From: Desulfobacteraceae bacterium
GTDB lineage: Bacteria > Desulfobacterota > Desulfobacteria > Desulfobacterales > ETH-SRB1
Reading direction: 5' to 3'
Length of the DNA: 49,887 bases
NCBI GenBank assembly: GCA_014237365.1
Contig: JABZFQ010000206.1
Coordinates: 1-49,887 of the forward strand
Of the stretch, positions 16,955-25,946 are shown one piece after another; the first letter of the stretch is position 1; every line of letters starts with the position of its first letter. The translations under genes were made by a program, and so were the position numbers. The notes under the pieces are model-generated. The model worked only from the letters and a program-made list of their open reading frames with translations. It had not been told where the DNA came from and ran no database searches.

Positions 16955-18172
16955 ATGATTAAACGATATATCAGCAAAATCGCCTTTTCTAGAGATTTTG
17001 GGCGGCAGATGCGTTTTATTATCGGTCCTCGACAGACCGGAAAGACTACTGCTGCAAAGGAATTTCTCAAAGAACAGAACTGCCTGAAGCTTTATTATAA
17101 CTGGGATGACCGTAAAACAAGGGACCGGTATATAGCTGACTATCATTTTTTTGTTCGAGAATTATACAATGTAAAGCCATCAAATGGAAGGCGATGGCTA
17201 TGTATGGATGAAATTCACAAGTATCCTGAATGGAAAAATGTCCTGAAAGATTTTTTTGATTCATTTGGAGAAGAAAACGGCTTTATAGTTACCGGATCTG
17301 CCAGGCTTGATATGATGCGTAAAAGCGGTGACAGCCTGGCGGGTAGATATTTCACCTTTCGTTTGAATCCTGTTACCTTAAGAGAACTGACAGACAAATC
17401 TTTTCTTGAGCCTCCGGCAGATGCAGACGACTGGATAATGCAAAAACTGGATCACCCAACATATAAAAAAAAAGAGCTTTCCGCATTGTTGCGGTTTAGT
17501 GGATTCCCGGAACCCCTGCTTGCTACTTCCGTTCGTTTTCACAACAAGTGGCGAACTGATTATGTTGACAGACTTATTCGCGAAGACATGAGGAATTTGA
17601 CCAGGATTCAGGAGCTTGAAAATATTGCCATTCTCATGTACCTGCTTCCCTCAAAAATTGCTTCGCCTTTATCTATAAATTCCTTGACTGCAAATATTAA
17701 ATGCAGTTTTGCCACAGTCTCCAACTATCTGAAGGCTCTGGAACTGGGATACTTGATATTCAGGATTTCGCCATATTCTAAAAAAATTGCCCGATCCCTG
17801 ACCAAGGAAAACAAAGTGTATTTTTTTGACTGGACAAGAATAAATGATCCTGCCGCACAATTTGAAAATTATATAGCGGTTGAGCTTAAAACGCTTTTGG
17901 AACTTTGGACAGATGCAGGAATTGGCAATTTCGACTTGCATTTTTTACGAGATCGTGACGGCAGGGAGACCGATTTCCTGATACTGCGGGACAAGAAGCC
18001 ATGGTTAATGGTTGAAGCTAAACTTTCCCGTTCAGCCATAGATTATCATCATCGCAAGAACAGGAATACATTGGGTGGCATTTCTTTTGTTCAGTTAGTC
18101 AGACAGGAGAATATTGCTGAAAAAAGAGAGAACGGTCTTTACCAGATCTCCGCTTCAAGATTTTTTGCATAA
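16955..18172 (+). CDS. AAA+ ATPase of the AAA_14/DUF4143 family
   Basis: 405 aa. The N-terminus is FIIGPRQTGKTT (Walker A), followed by LCMDEIHKYPEW (Walker B region). The C-terminal part is typical of DUF4143 proteins. The TAA stop is the target-site triplet of the adjacent MITE-1. Confidence 0.75.
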   Translation: MIKRYISKIAFSRDFGRQMRFIIGPRQTGKTTAAKEFLKEQNCLKLYYNWDDRKTRDRYIADYHFFVRELYNVKPSNGRRWLCMDEIHKYPEWKNVLKDFFDSFGEENGFIVTGSARLDMMRKSGDSLAGRYFTFRLNPVTLRELTDKSFLEPPADADDWIMQKLDHPTYKKKELSALLRFSGFPEPLLATSVRFHNKWRTDYVDRLIREDMRNLTRIQELENIAILMYLLPSKIASPLSINSLTANIKCSFATVSNYLKALELGYLIFRISPYSKKIARSLTKENKVYFFDWTRINDPAAQFENYIAVELKTLLELWTDAGIGNFDLHFLRDRDGRETDFLILRDKKPWLMVEAKLSRSAIDYHHRKNRNTLGGISFVQLVRQENIAEKRENGLYQISASRFFA

Positions 18173-18356
18173 GGAACGGGGACGAAATAACTTCCCCAAG
18201 TAGGCGCATAGATTTGGGTCAAATTTGTTCGATCTCAAATCTCAAAAGTTGATGGAATAGCTTACCTGGTGTGATATTTTTGTGATTTGAGATCAGGCAA
18301 AGGTGGCCTGAAGCCTTGATGCATAGTTGGGGAAGTTATTTCGTCCCCGTTCCTAA
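18170..18356 (-). mobile_element. MITE-1 copy flanked by TAA/TAA
   Basis: TAA GGAACGGGGACGAAATAACTTCCCCAAGTAGGCGCATAGATTTGGG ... TTGGGGAAGTTATTTCGTCCCCGTTCC TAA. Confidence 0.85.
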
Positions 18357-18521
18357 CCATTTGCAAAAACAAATTTGGGGTCATTATGTTGCGAGTTTAG
18401 TTCTGTTGCCGGTTTTTGTGCCTGCTTTCTTTATTCCATTGAGTGGGTATTCGGGGTCACAGCTTCATTTGTCATTTGGAGTTGACAAGGGAATAGAGGA
18501 TGGTATTATTAAGATATAGTA

Positions 18522-18680
18522 CGCCCTGTTAGATTGAATTATTCCACATTCTACCATATATTGTCTCGGGGAAACGAGCGCAGAGACATCTTGTGGGAAC
18601 AAGATGATTAGGCAAGGTTTAGCGAGGCCGTGACAAAAATGGTGGAGCGTTTTGGTATACTGGCAACCACCATTATTTAT
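18522..18680 (+). pseudogene. Remnant of an IS200-like/REP-associated tyrosine transposase (RayT-like) gene
   Basis: Hand translation gives RPVRLNYSTFYHILSRGNERRDILWEQDD*ARFSEAVTKMVERFGILATT. This matches the conserved N-terminus of Y1 transposases (YHV.sRGn.r..IF.ddeD...F). It has an in-frame TAG, no start codon, and is truncated after about 50 codons. Confidence 0.6.
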
Positions 18681-18721
18681 TTCCAATTTCCTAAAAAATA
18701 TGTTTTCATGGAAGCTAATCT

Positions 18722-19726
18722 ATGAAAAACTATACATCTAACGAACTTAAATATTTGGTAATCATTCTGTTTATAATTGGAGAAGGGTTCTTTTTTTTTT
18801 CCTGTACCACATTTGGCATTGATAAAAAACCTGTGCTTTTTCGATCGGAAGAATATGTTATTTACAGACTTAAAAAGAGAAAAACACCTGCTATGCTGGC
18901 TGAAATGTTTTTGGGTGATGCAAAAAGGTCGTGGGTAATAGAAGACGCTAATGAGAACGTTGCTTTTAAAAAAGGCGAGGTCATTGTTATTCCTCTTAAA
19001 GAAAAAAATAAGGGAGGGCTTGCAGATGACGGATTTCAGGTGGTACCTATTCTTTCATATCATCGTTTTGCTGATAATTGTGACTCTTCCCTTTGCCTGC
19101 CTGCCTGTATTTTTGATCAACAAATGAAGTATTTAAAGGAGAATGGTTATAGGGTTATCAGCCTGGAAGAGCTTCTTGAATTTTTAAAGTATCGTAATTC
19201 TCTTCCAAAAAGGTCAGTGGTTATTAGCATAGATGACGGCTATAGATCGGTTTATAACATTGCCTGGCCTATCCTGAAAAAATATGGCTTCAGAGCAACC
19301 TTTTTCATATATACTAATTTTGTTGGTGTCTCAAAAAACGCCATAACTTGGGATCAACTTAGAGAGATGAAGAAAAGTGGTTTTGAGATAGGTGCTCACA
19401 CGATTTCCCACTGCGATCTTACCAGACAGAATAAAGGAGAAGATACTCAAGCGTATATGTCCAGGATCGAAAAGGAACTTAGCATGTCAAAACAGATCAT
19501 TGATAAAAAGCTGAACCAGAATACTGTTTTTTTAGCTTTTCCCTATGGACGTTATAATCAGAGGGTATTGGATATGTGTAAACGCTTAGGTTATACAATC
19601 GCAGTATCTGTGAAAAGAGGGAGCAACCCATTTTTTGCTGATCCCCTTGCTCTTAGGCGAAACCAGATATTGAAAAGAGATATAAAGAGTTTTATTTCTA
19701 AACTGAAAACCTTTAACCTAAATTGA
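18722..19726 (+). CDS. Polysaccharide/peptidoglycan deacetylase family protein with N-terminal TM and LysM-like segment
   Basis: 334 aa. NodB-type motifs are SIDDGYRS, ATFFIY and HTISHCDL. The upstream LysM-like stretch is YVIYRLKKRKTPAMLAEMFLGD...GEVIVIP. Confidence 0.75.
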   Translation: MKNYTSNELKYLVIILFIIGEGFFFFSCTTFGIDKKPVLFRSEEYVIYRLKKRKTPAMLAEMFLGDAKRSWVIEDANENVAFKKGEVIVIPLKEKNKGGLADDGFQVVPILSYHRFADNCDSSLCLPACIFDQQMKYLKENGYRVISLEELLEFLKYRNSLPKRSVVISIDDGYRSVYNIAWPILKKYGFRATFFIYTNFVGVSKNAITWDQLREMKKSGFEIGAHTISHCDLTRQNKGEDTQAYMSRIEKELSMSKQIIDKKLNQNTVFLAFPYGRYNQRVLDMCKRLGYTIAVSVKRGSNPFFADPLALRRNQILKRDIKSFISKLKTFNLN

Positions 19727-19870
19727 ACGGTTTTTTACTCGACCTGCACCAATCTTTTGCGCATCAAGGGCTTACGAAAAGTCTCGGCATATCTATTGGG
19801 ATGCCTCCGATTTTCGCAAACCTTGTTGCATCAAGACCTTGGCACATTTCTTCGCAAAAAATCGTTCAAC

Positions 19871-20057
19871 TTAGGAACGGGGACGAAATAACTTCCTCAA
19901 GTAGACGCATAGATTTAGGTCAAATTTGTCCGATCTCAGATCACAAAAGTTGATGGAATAGCTTACCTGTTTTGATACTTTTGTGATTTGAGATCGGGCA
20001 AAGGTGACCTGAATCTGTTATGCATAGTTGGGGAAGTTATTTCGTCCCCGTTCCTAA
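19871..20057 (-). mobile_element. MITE-1 copy (flanks TTA/TAA)
   Basis: TTA GGAACGGGGACGAAATAACTTCCTCAAGTAGACGCATAGATTTAGG ... TTGGGGAAGTTATTTCGTCCCCGTTCC TAA. Confidence 0.85.
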
Positions 20058-20090
20058 TGTTTAATAAACTTTCTTTAGAGTAACAGAATT

Positions 20091-21311
20091 ATGAAAAAAA
20101 TTATAGCGTTTATCTGGATTGTCATTCTATTGACAATGGTCAGTGGCTGTGCCGAACATTTTAAAAGGTTTTCCCAAAGAATATCTGAATACAGGAAGGA
20201 AAATTTGCTTCAGTCATACCTGCAAACCGGCAAAGAGTTTGAAAATAAAGGAAAACTGGCAGAGGCATATAAACAGTATAAACTGGCCATTACTGTAAGC
20301 CCTCAAAATAAGGAAGCTGTTAAGGGCATTGACCGGCTGGAAAAAGAATTGCTCAAATGGGCAGAAAAATATTATCGGGAAGGCATGAAATTCCATAATC
20401 AGGGGAAATATCCACTGGCCCGTCGTAAATTTTTAACAGCTTTGAAATTTTGGCCGGATCATTCCAGAGCGCTTAAAATGCTTACTCCTCGCAAACACGT
20501 CAAATATAAAAAGTATATTGAGCATATAGTCAAACCGGGTGAAAGTCTTTCAACGATAGCGATGATTTATTATGGGGATTATAGCAAGTTTGGTATTATA
20601 GCTGAATACAACAACATAGCCGATGCCTCACTGACACATGCTGGTCAAAAAATCATAGTCCCTGAAATACAGGGGGTGCCATTTTTAACAGAAAAACAGG
20701 CTATCAAGACTGAAGAATTAAAAGAAGAACTTGAAGAGCCTGTAGATGAAGAATTAAAAGAAGAACTTGAAGAGCCTGTAGATGAAGAATTAAAAAAAGA
20801 ACTTGAAGAGCCTGTAGATGAAGAATTAAAAAAAGAAACGGAAGAGCCTGTAGATGAGGTGAAAATCTATAGAGATCAGGGTGTCGAATTTTTTAACGAA
20901 ATGAAATACCAGGAAGCTATTGCTGAATTCAACAAGGTTATAAATGTAAATCCTGATGATGCAATTACCATTGAACACCTTGGCAGGTCGCACTTTCAAT
21001 TTGCCATGGGCTTGTTTGATAAAAAGGATTATTTGAAAGCAAAAAAGGAATTTGAAGTATCTCTCCAATACAATAAAAACTGCCCAACATGCCGGGAATA
21101 CATCAAAAGAAGTGAAGAAACATACATGGGAATCCATTACAAAATGGGTGTAGCGCACTTTGGGAAAGAACAATTGATCAAGGCCATTATGGAGTGGGAG
21201 CTGGTCATGTCTATTGATTCCAACTATAAAGAGGTGGCAAACAATATCAAAAAGGCAAAAATTCTTTTGAAAAGACTGGAGGAAATAAAAAAGTCTCAAA
21301 AGGCCAACTAA
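20091..21311 (+). CDS. Lipoprotein with TPR repeats, a LysM domain and an acidic 13-aa tandem repeat
   Basis: 406 aa. Lipobox LTMVSGC. LysM segment HIVKPGESLSTIAMIYYGDYSKFGIIAEYNNI...GQKIIVP. TPR-like helices flank it. Confidence 0.75.
   Translation: MKKIIAFIWIVILLTMVSGCAEHFKRFSQRISEYRKENLLQSYLQTGKEFENKGKLAEAYKQYKLAITVSPQNKEAVKGIDRLEKELLKWAEKYYREGMKFHNQGKYPLARRKFLTALKFWPDHSRALKMLTPRKHVKYKKYIEHIVKPGESLSTIAMIYYGDYSKFGIIAEYNNIADASLTHAGQKIIVPEIQGVPFLTEKQAIKTEELKEELEEPVDEELKEELEEPVDEELKKELEEPVDEELKKETEEPVDEVKIYRDQGVEFFNEMKYQEAIAEFNKVINVNPDDAITIEHLGRSHFQFAMGLFDKKDYLKAKKEFEVSLQYNKNCPTCREYIKRSEETYMGIHYKMGVAHFGKEQLIKAIMEWELVMSIDSNYKEVANNIKKAKILLKRLEEIKKSQKAN
20712..20867 (+). repeat. 4 x 39-bp in-frame tandem repeat (EELK[EK]E[LT]EEPVD)
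   Basis: GAAGAATTAAAAGAAGAACTTGAAGAGCCTGTAGAT is repeated four times with 1-4 substitutions, inside the 20091..21311 CDS. Confidence 0.9.
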
Positions 21312-21339
21312 CAGGCAGCAAACCCGAAACCCGAAACCC

Positions 21340-22263
21340 GTGACACGTATGAAATTGCCTATTATTATTGTTCAACTTGTTCATATCTATGGGCCTTTTA
21401 AGGGTGAAATCCAGGAGTTTTCTGAATCAACGATCTTGATTGGTCGCCATCCTTCTTGTCATGTGCTATTTCCGAGAGATGTTGCAATCGTCTCTCGAAG
21501 ACATGCACAAATTATCAGAGAAGGAAATCGTTTTAAGTTAATTGACCAGAGCGCCAACGGGACATTTGTGAACGGAAAAAGAGTAAAAGAAGCATACCTA
21601 AAAGATGGAGATGTTTTGATTTTTGCTGAAGGAGGGCCCAAGGTGAGTTTTTTGACCAAGATAGTGGAAAGTCAACATGAAATCGAAGATATCCCTTTGC
21701 CAACCTCACTGCAAGAACCCGAAATAGCCGGGGTTGAGAAGCCATCTATTGCCAGGGTTCAATCCGAATCTAACCTGGCAGAAGAATTTTCCATGCAGGA
21801 GATTCAGGTTCCGCTTGTCATTCAATTTGGCCCCACCATACGCTCTTTTAAAAAACTTCCTGTGACCATCGGAAAAAATCCGGATTGTGATTTAAGTATA
21901 AACCATCCAGCAGTTCTTGATCGTCATGCCCAGATCTTTTTCAGTCAGGATCAATACTGGATAAAGGATCTCACTGGACAGATGTTGATATCAATCAATG
22001 GGCGTCCTGTTAATTGTCAGAGTCCTTTAATCCCCGAAAACCTTGTGACATTAACTCTTCAGGGACCAACTTTCCGGTTTTTGAATGGTGGGCGTTTAGC
22101 AGAAATTGAAAAATCCGACTCTGAAGAAAGCGTGAACGTGCTTCCTGAAAAAGAAAAGACATGTCCGCCGGACAAGAATCAAGAAGGATGCATCAAAAAG
22201 GCCATGTCCATAAGCAACAAATTTTTAAGGCTTATCGTGGATTGGTGGAAAAATCTTTTTTAA
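21340..22263 (+). CDS. Double FHA-domain protein (T6SS Fha-like phosphothreonine reader)
   Basis: 307 aa; the ATG at 21349 is the more likely start. Two FHA cores are present: ILIGRHPSCHVLF...VSRRHAQI...LIDQSANGTFVNG and VTIGKNPDCDLSI...LDRHAQI...IKDLTG..ISINGRPV. Confidence 0.8.
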   Translation: MTRMKLPIIIVQLVHIYGPFKGEIQEFSESTILIGRHPSCHVLFPRDVAIVSRRHAQIIREGNRFKLIDQSANGTFVNGKRVKEAYLKDGDVLIFAEGGPKVSFLTKIVESQHEIEDIPLPTSLQEPEIAGVEKPSIARVQSESNLAEEFSMQEIQVPLVIQFGPTIRSFKKLPVTIGKNPDCDLSINHPAVLDRHAQIFFSQDQYWIKDLTGQMLISINGRPVNCQSPLIPENLVTLTLQGPTFRFLNGGRLAEIEKSDSEESVNVLPEKEKTCPPDKNQEGCIKKAMSISNKFLRLIVDWWKNLF

Positions 22264-22295
22264 TGTTTGAGCAATAGTTCACGGTTTACAGTTTA

Positions 22296-22553
22296 CAGTA
22301 TGTGCTGCCAGAAGCTATAATATATAAGGAACGTGGACGAAATGACTCCCCAACTATGCATCACAGATTCAGGCCACCTTTGCCCGATTTCAAATCACAA
22401 AAGTATCAAAATAGCTCGCTATTCCATCAACTTTTGTGACTTGAGATCGAACAAATCTGACCCAAATCTATACGCCTACTTGTGGAAGTTATTTCGTTCC
22501 CGTTCCTAACTTATTGAAATGATTGATCTGCATTGTTTTGTATGGACTACCCT
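22296..22553. mobile_element. MITE-2 right-end fragment interrupted by a MITE-1 copy (22325-22509)
   Basis: GTGCTGCCAGAAGCTATAATATATAA | MITE-1 | CTTATTGAAATGATTGATCTGCATTGTTTTGTATGGACTACC is collinear with 9999-10066 of the complete MITE-2. MITE-1 here is flanked by TAA/TAA. Confidence 0.8.
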
Positions 22554-22624
22554 GTTGTCGGTTTACAGTTTTATGTTTTGATCAACTGTAAACTGCGAAC
22601 TGTAAACTGTTACATATTTGACTT

Positions 22625-23365
22625 ATGCGATGCAAAAACATACCTGAAATAAACTTTGTCGGCAAATCGGATAGTGGTCTTAAACGCACGAATAACGAGG
22701 ACCGCTTTATGGTAAGGAGCGAACTGGGCTTTTGTCTCGTGGCTGATGGCATGGGTGGCGCTGCGGCTGGAGAAATAGCCAGCCGTATTTTTACTGAAAT
22801 TACATTAGAGCTTTTTTCAAGCTCTGCCGGCAGATCTGAAAAAGAAACAATCGAATTAGTCCAAAGGGCTTTTAATTTTGCTAATGAAAAAATCTTGAGT
22901 CATGTAAAGAAAAATCCACATCACAAGGGAATGGGATGTACAGCAGAACTGATGGCCTTTTCCGATAAGGGTTTTGTTATCGGTCATATAGGAGACAGCC
23001 GAACTTATTGTTTAAGAGATGGACAACTCAAACAACTGACACTGGATCACTCACTTGTCCAGAATCAGATAGACCAAGGTCTGATTAGTCAGGCCGAAGC
23101 CAGAAACCATCCTCTTCGAAACGTCATTCTTCGGGCAGTCGGTATCAAAAAAAAATTAGCTCTTGATTTGATAAGGGGAATTACGTTTTCCGGCGATCTG
23201 TTTCTTTTATGTTCAGACGGCCTTTCGGATATGCTTGATGATAACCGGATCCGAAACATCCTTTTTTCTACAGCCACTTTGCTTCAAACAGTAGAAAAAC
23301 TCATTGAATCGGCTAACGCGGCCGGAGGTTACGACAATATTACCGTTGTTCTAGCAGACATTTAA
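22625..23365 (+). CDS. PP2C-family Ser/Thr phosphatase (PppA/Stp-like)
   Basis: 246 aa. Motifs NEDRF, ADGMGG, IGDSR, CSDGL and GGYDNITVV. Confidence 0.85.
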   Translation: MRCKNIPEINFVGKSDSGLKRTNNEDRFMVRSELGFCLVADGMGGAAAGEIASRIFTEITLELFSSSAGRSEKETIELVQRAFNFANEKILSHVKKNPHHKGMGCTAELMAFSDKGFVIGHIGDSRTYCLRDGQLKQLTLDHSLVQNQIDQGLISQAEARNHPLRNVILRAVGIKKKLALDLIRGITFSGDLFLLCSDGLSDMLDDNRIRNILFSTATLLQTVEKLIESANAAGGYDNITVVLADI

Positions 23366-23368
23366 AGG

Positions 23369-23438
23369 GCGCCTGATCTCTCCTCACCACACAAAATTTT
23401 CCAGCGCCTGATCTCTCCTCACCACACAAAATTTTCCA
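23369..23438 (+). repeat. Perfect 2 x 35-bp tandem duplication
   Basis: GCGCCTGATCTCTCCTCACCACACAAAATTTTCCA occurs twice back to back, starting 4 nt after the phosphatase stop. Confidence 0.95.
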
Positions 23439-23883
23439 GCTTCATCGGGTTCCTGATTCCCACCCATTTTAAAAAACCCATATAAATCAGTTGGAGCAAA
23501 GCGACTTCTTCTTTTTGTTCAACAGCGATTTCCACAACACTGAAATATTATAAATGTTATTAGTGGACAATTATCAAATATCTATTTATTTATAAGGCGT
23601 TAGAGGGTATTAGCCGATCTGGAAATAGCAAAATTATGACGATTAAAATACTGAGAATCATCTTGTAATATTTTTGATATCGATGAAAAAAAGTTATTTT
23701 TACAGCCGATTGTATGCTAATTTTATCGATTTCCTTATTAATATCAAGTTTTTATAGGCGCATTATAGGTATTATAGGCGTCATAATTTTTGCTATAGAA
23801 ATTGAAATGAGCATATCATAACTTACTGAAAATATTAATTATAATATAATTAATATATTATTTAATTTTGACGCTTAAAATTG

Positions 23884-24226
23884 GGGTGCAATACAAAAAA
23901 GTGATAAAATATTCAATTGGGTAATTTTTTTGAATGTCGAATGTCAAACAGGGAATTATGAATGTCGAAGTGCGGATGTTTCTATAGGATTTAAGATAAA
24001 GATTTTGGGTGCGTTATCGGTCGTCGACGTACGACGAGTACGCCTTCCTCCCTCTATCCTTCCCAAAATCTTTATCTTAAATCCTATATTAGATGGTTTT
24101 GGAGCAAATAATGCCCACAAATGGAATTTAAATAGATTTTCCTTCCTTCATTATTCGACATTAAATCAGTATGTTCAATGGCTAAACTGTATTATCTTCA
24201 TGCTGTCACTTTTTTGTATTGCACCC
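23884..24226. repeat. 343-bp nested foldback element (MITE-like or structured RNA/invertible segment)
   Basis: The outer inverted repeat is a perfect 21 bp: GGGTGCAATACAAAAAAGTGA (23884-23904) against TCACTTTTTTGTATTGCACCC (24206-24226). The inner inverted repeat is a perfect 27 bp: TATAGGATTTAAGATAAAGATTTTGGG (23983-24009) against its complement at 24062-24088. An intermediate AATGTCGAAT/ATTCGACATT pairing is also present. Confidence 0.8.
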
Positions 24227-24440
24227 TACATGGATATGTTATGTCAATTTTGGACAATTGATGTTTTACGTTAATTAAAGAACAAAAAGTTCGAAAGTGT
24301 CCCGCCTTAAGTTGGTAGCCGGTAATTAACACTTGACAACCTAATCAATATCAGTTTAGAGAAAAGGGGGTGAATGAGTATTTTGGACGGAACAAGGAAC
24401 CTCTATGATTTAAAAGTGTTTTATGGAAGGAGGAAGGATT

Positions 24441-25946
24441 ATGAAAAACGTCAAATCTTTTTGGCTATGGACTGTCTTTTTTACCTTAACCTGTTTCTTA
24501 CCCGTAAAAGCGCTTGCTGTAACGTGGTACATACCTGATAGTTATCCTACTATTCAAGGCGCTCTTGATGATGAAAATGTGATTGCTGGTGACGAGGTGG
24601 TGGTCAGGGATGGCACGTACTTTGAAAACATCAACTTCAATGGCAAAGCAATTACACTTCGTTCGGAAAACGGGGCTGATACTACCATTATTGACGGTGG
24701 CGGTGATGGCAGTGTGGTAACTTTTAATTCTTACGAAGGCGAAAATTCGGTATTGAATGGATTTACAATCCAAAATGGTGTTGCTCATAGTGGCGGTGGA
24801 ATTTATTGTTACTATGCTTCGCCTACAATAACCAACTGTACAGTAAAGGGAAATACTGCTAATACTAATCATGGTGGGGGGATTTATTGTACACTTTCCT
24901 CTCCAGCTATAACCAATTGTACAATTATTGAAAATACAGCTAATGGCTCTGGCGGAGGAATTTTGTGCGAGTACGATTGCTACCCAACTATAACCAATTG
25001 TAAAATAAGTGGAAATGCTTGTTATAATGGTAACGGTGGCGGAGTTCATTTTGCCAATAGTTCCAATGTCATCGTGACTAATTGTATAATAAGTGGAAAT
25101 ACTGCTAGTAATGACGGCGGCGGAGTTCAGTGTTATCGAGCTTCTCCAATTATAATTAACTGTACAATCACTGGAAATGCTTCTAGTTGGGGTGGTGGAA
25201 TTCTTTGCTATTGGTCATCTGCAACAGTGATAAATGGTGTTATTTGGGGCAATAAGGCTAGTAGCAGTAACGGTGGTGATGAAGTTTATTTGTGGTACAT
25301 TGGAGATTCTATTACCATCAGATACTCTGATATCAATCCTAACCTTATTCAAGGTGCTGGAACGGCTAATTTGGATACTACCAATATTAACGCAGAACCA
25401 CTATTTATAGATCCACAGCCAGCTTCGGAAGCACCTATTACTGCTGGCGATTACCATTTACAGGTTGGTTCACCCTGTATTGATACCGGCACAGATGACA
25501 TAAGCACATACCCAAACCTTCCTACTGATGACATAGATGGTGATCCTCGACCACAAAGTGCAGGTTATGATATGGGGGCTGATGAGTTCTTCCTTATTGT
25601 GATAATTGATATTGATATTAAGCCTGGTAGTTTTCCAAATGCCATTAAATTACATGATAGTGGTAATATTCCTGTCGCTATCTTTGGCAGTGAAACATTC
25701 GATGTTATCACTATTGATGTAACAACTCTCCAACTAAATGCTGCCACTGTGCAGGTTAATAAAGGAAAGGTTTTTCTTGCTTCCTATGAGGATATTAATG
25801 GAGATGGTTTTTCAGATATGATAGTACATTTTGACAGAGGAGAATTTACCCCACAAGTAGGAGAAGAAGATTCTGCTACAGTAACAGGAAGCACTGTTGA
25901 TGGAACTCAATTCGAGGGAACTGATTCTGTCAAAATAATTGAATAA
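24441..25946 (+). CDS. Secreted right-handed parallel beta-helix repeat protein
   Basis: The ORF track starts at 24423. The ATG at 24441 follows GGAGGAAGG and gives a signal peptide MKNVKSFWLWTVFFTLTCFLPVKALA. About 8 repeats of the pattern NCT[IV].GN.A...GGGI.C follow. Confidence 0.8.
   Translation: MKNVKSFWLWTVFFTLTCFLPVKALAVTWYIPDSYPTIQGALDDENVIAGDEVVVRDGTYFENINFNGKAITLRSENGADTTIIDGGGDGSVVTFNSYEGENSVLNGFTIQNGVAHSGGGIYCYYASPTITNCTVKGNTANTNHGGGIYCTLSSPAITNCTIIENTANGSGGGILCEYDCYPTITNCKISGNACYNGNGGGVHFANSSNVIVTNCIISGNTASNDGGGVQCYRASPIIINCTITGNASSWGGGILCYWSSATVINGVIWGNKASSSNGGDEVYLWYIGDSITIRYSDINPNLIQGAGTANLDTTNINAEPLFIDPQPASEAPITAGDYHLQVGSPCIDTGTDDISTYPNLPTDDIDGDPRPQSAGYDMGADEFFLIVIIDIDIKPGSFPNAIKLHDSGNIPVAIFGSETFDVITIDVTTLQLNAATVQVNKGKVFLASYEDINGDGFSDMIVHFDRGEFTPQVGEEDSATVTGSTVDGTQFEGTDSVKIIE

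Noticed and set aside
23835-23853. 19-bp perfect AT palindrome TTAATTATAATATAATTAA
   Set aside because: It is composed only of A and T in a very AT-rich stretch, so it is plausibly chance. No partner gene suggests an operator.
23884-24226. Nested inverted repeats resembling a retron msr/msd locus
   Set aside because: No reverse transcriptase gene is adjacent. The downstream gene is a secreted beta-helix protein.
24498-25049. 183-aa antisense ORF inside the beta-helix gene. Similar shadow ORFs occur at 26609..27067, 27281..27649, 29146..29475, 20826..21299, 46301..46711, 47501..47950 and 37970..38502
   Set aside because: They lie opposite or out of frame to genes with clear family motifs and show low-complexity or odd composition. 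They are typical shadow ORFs.
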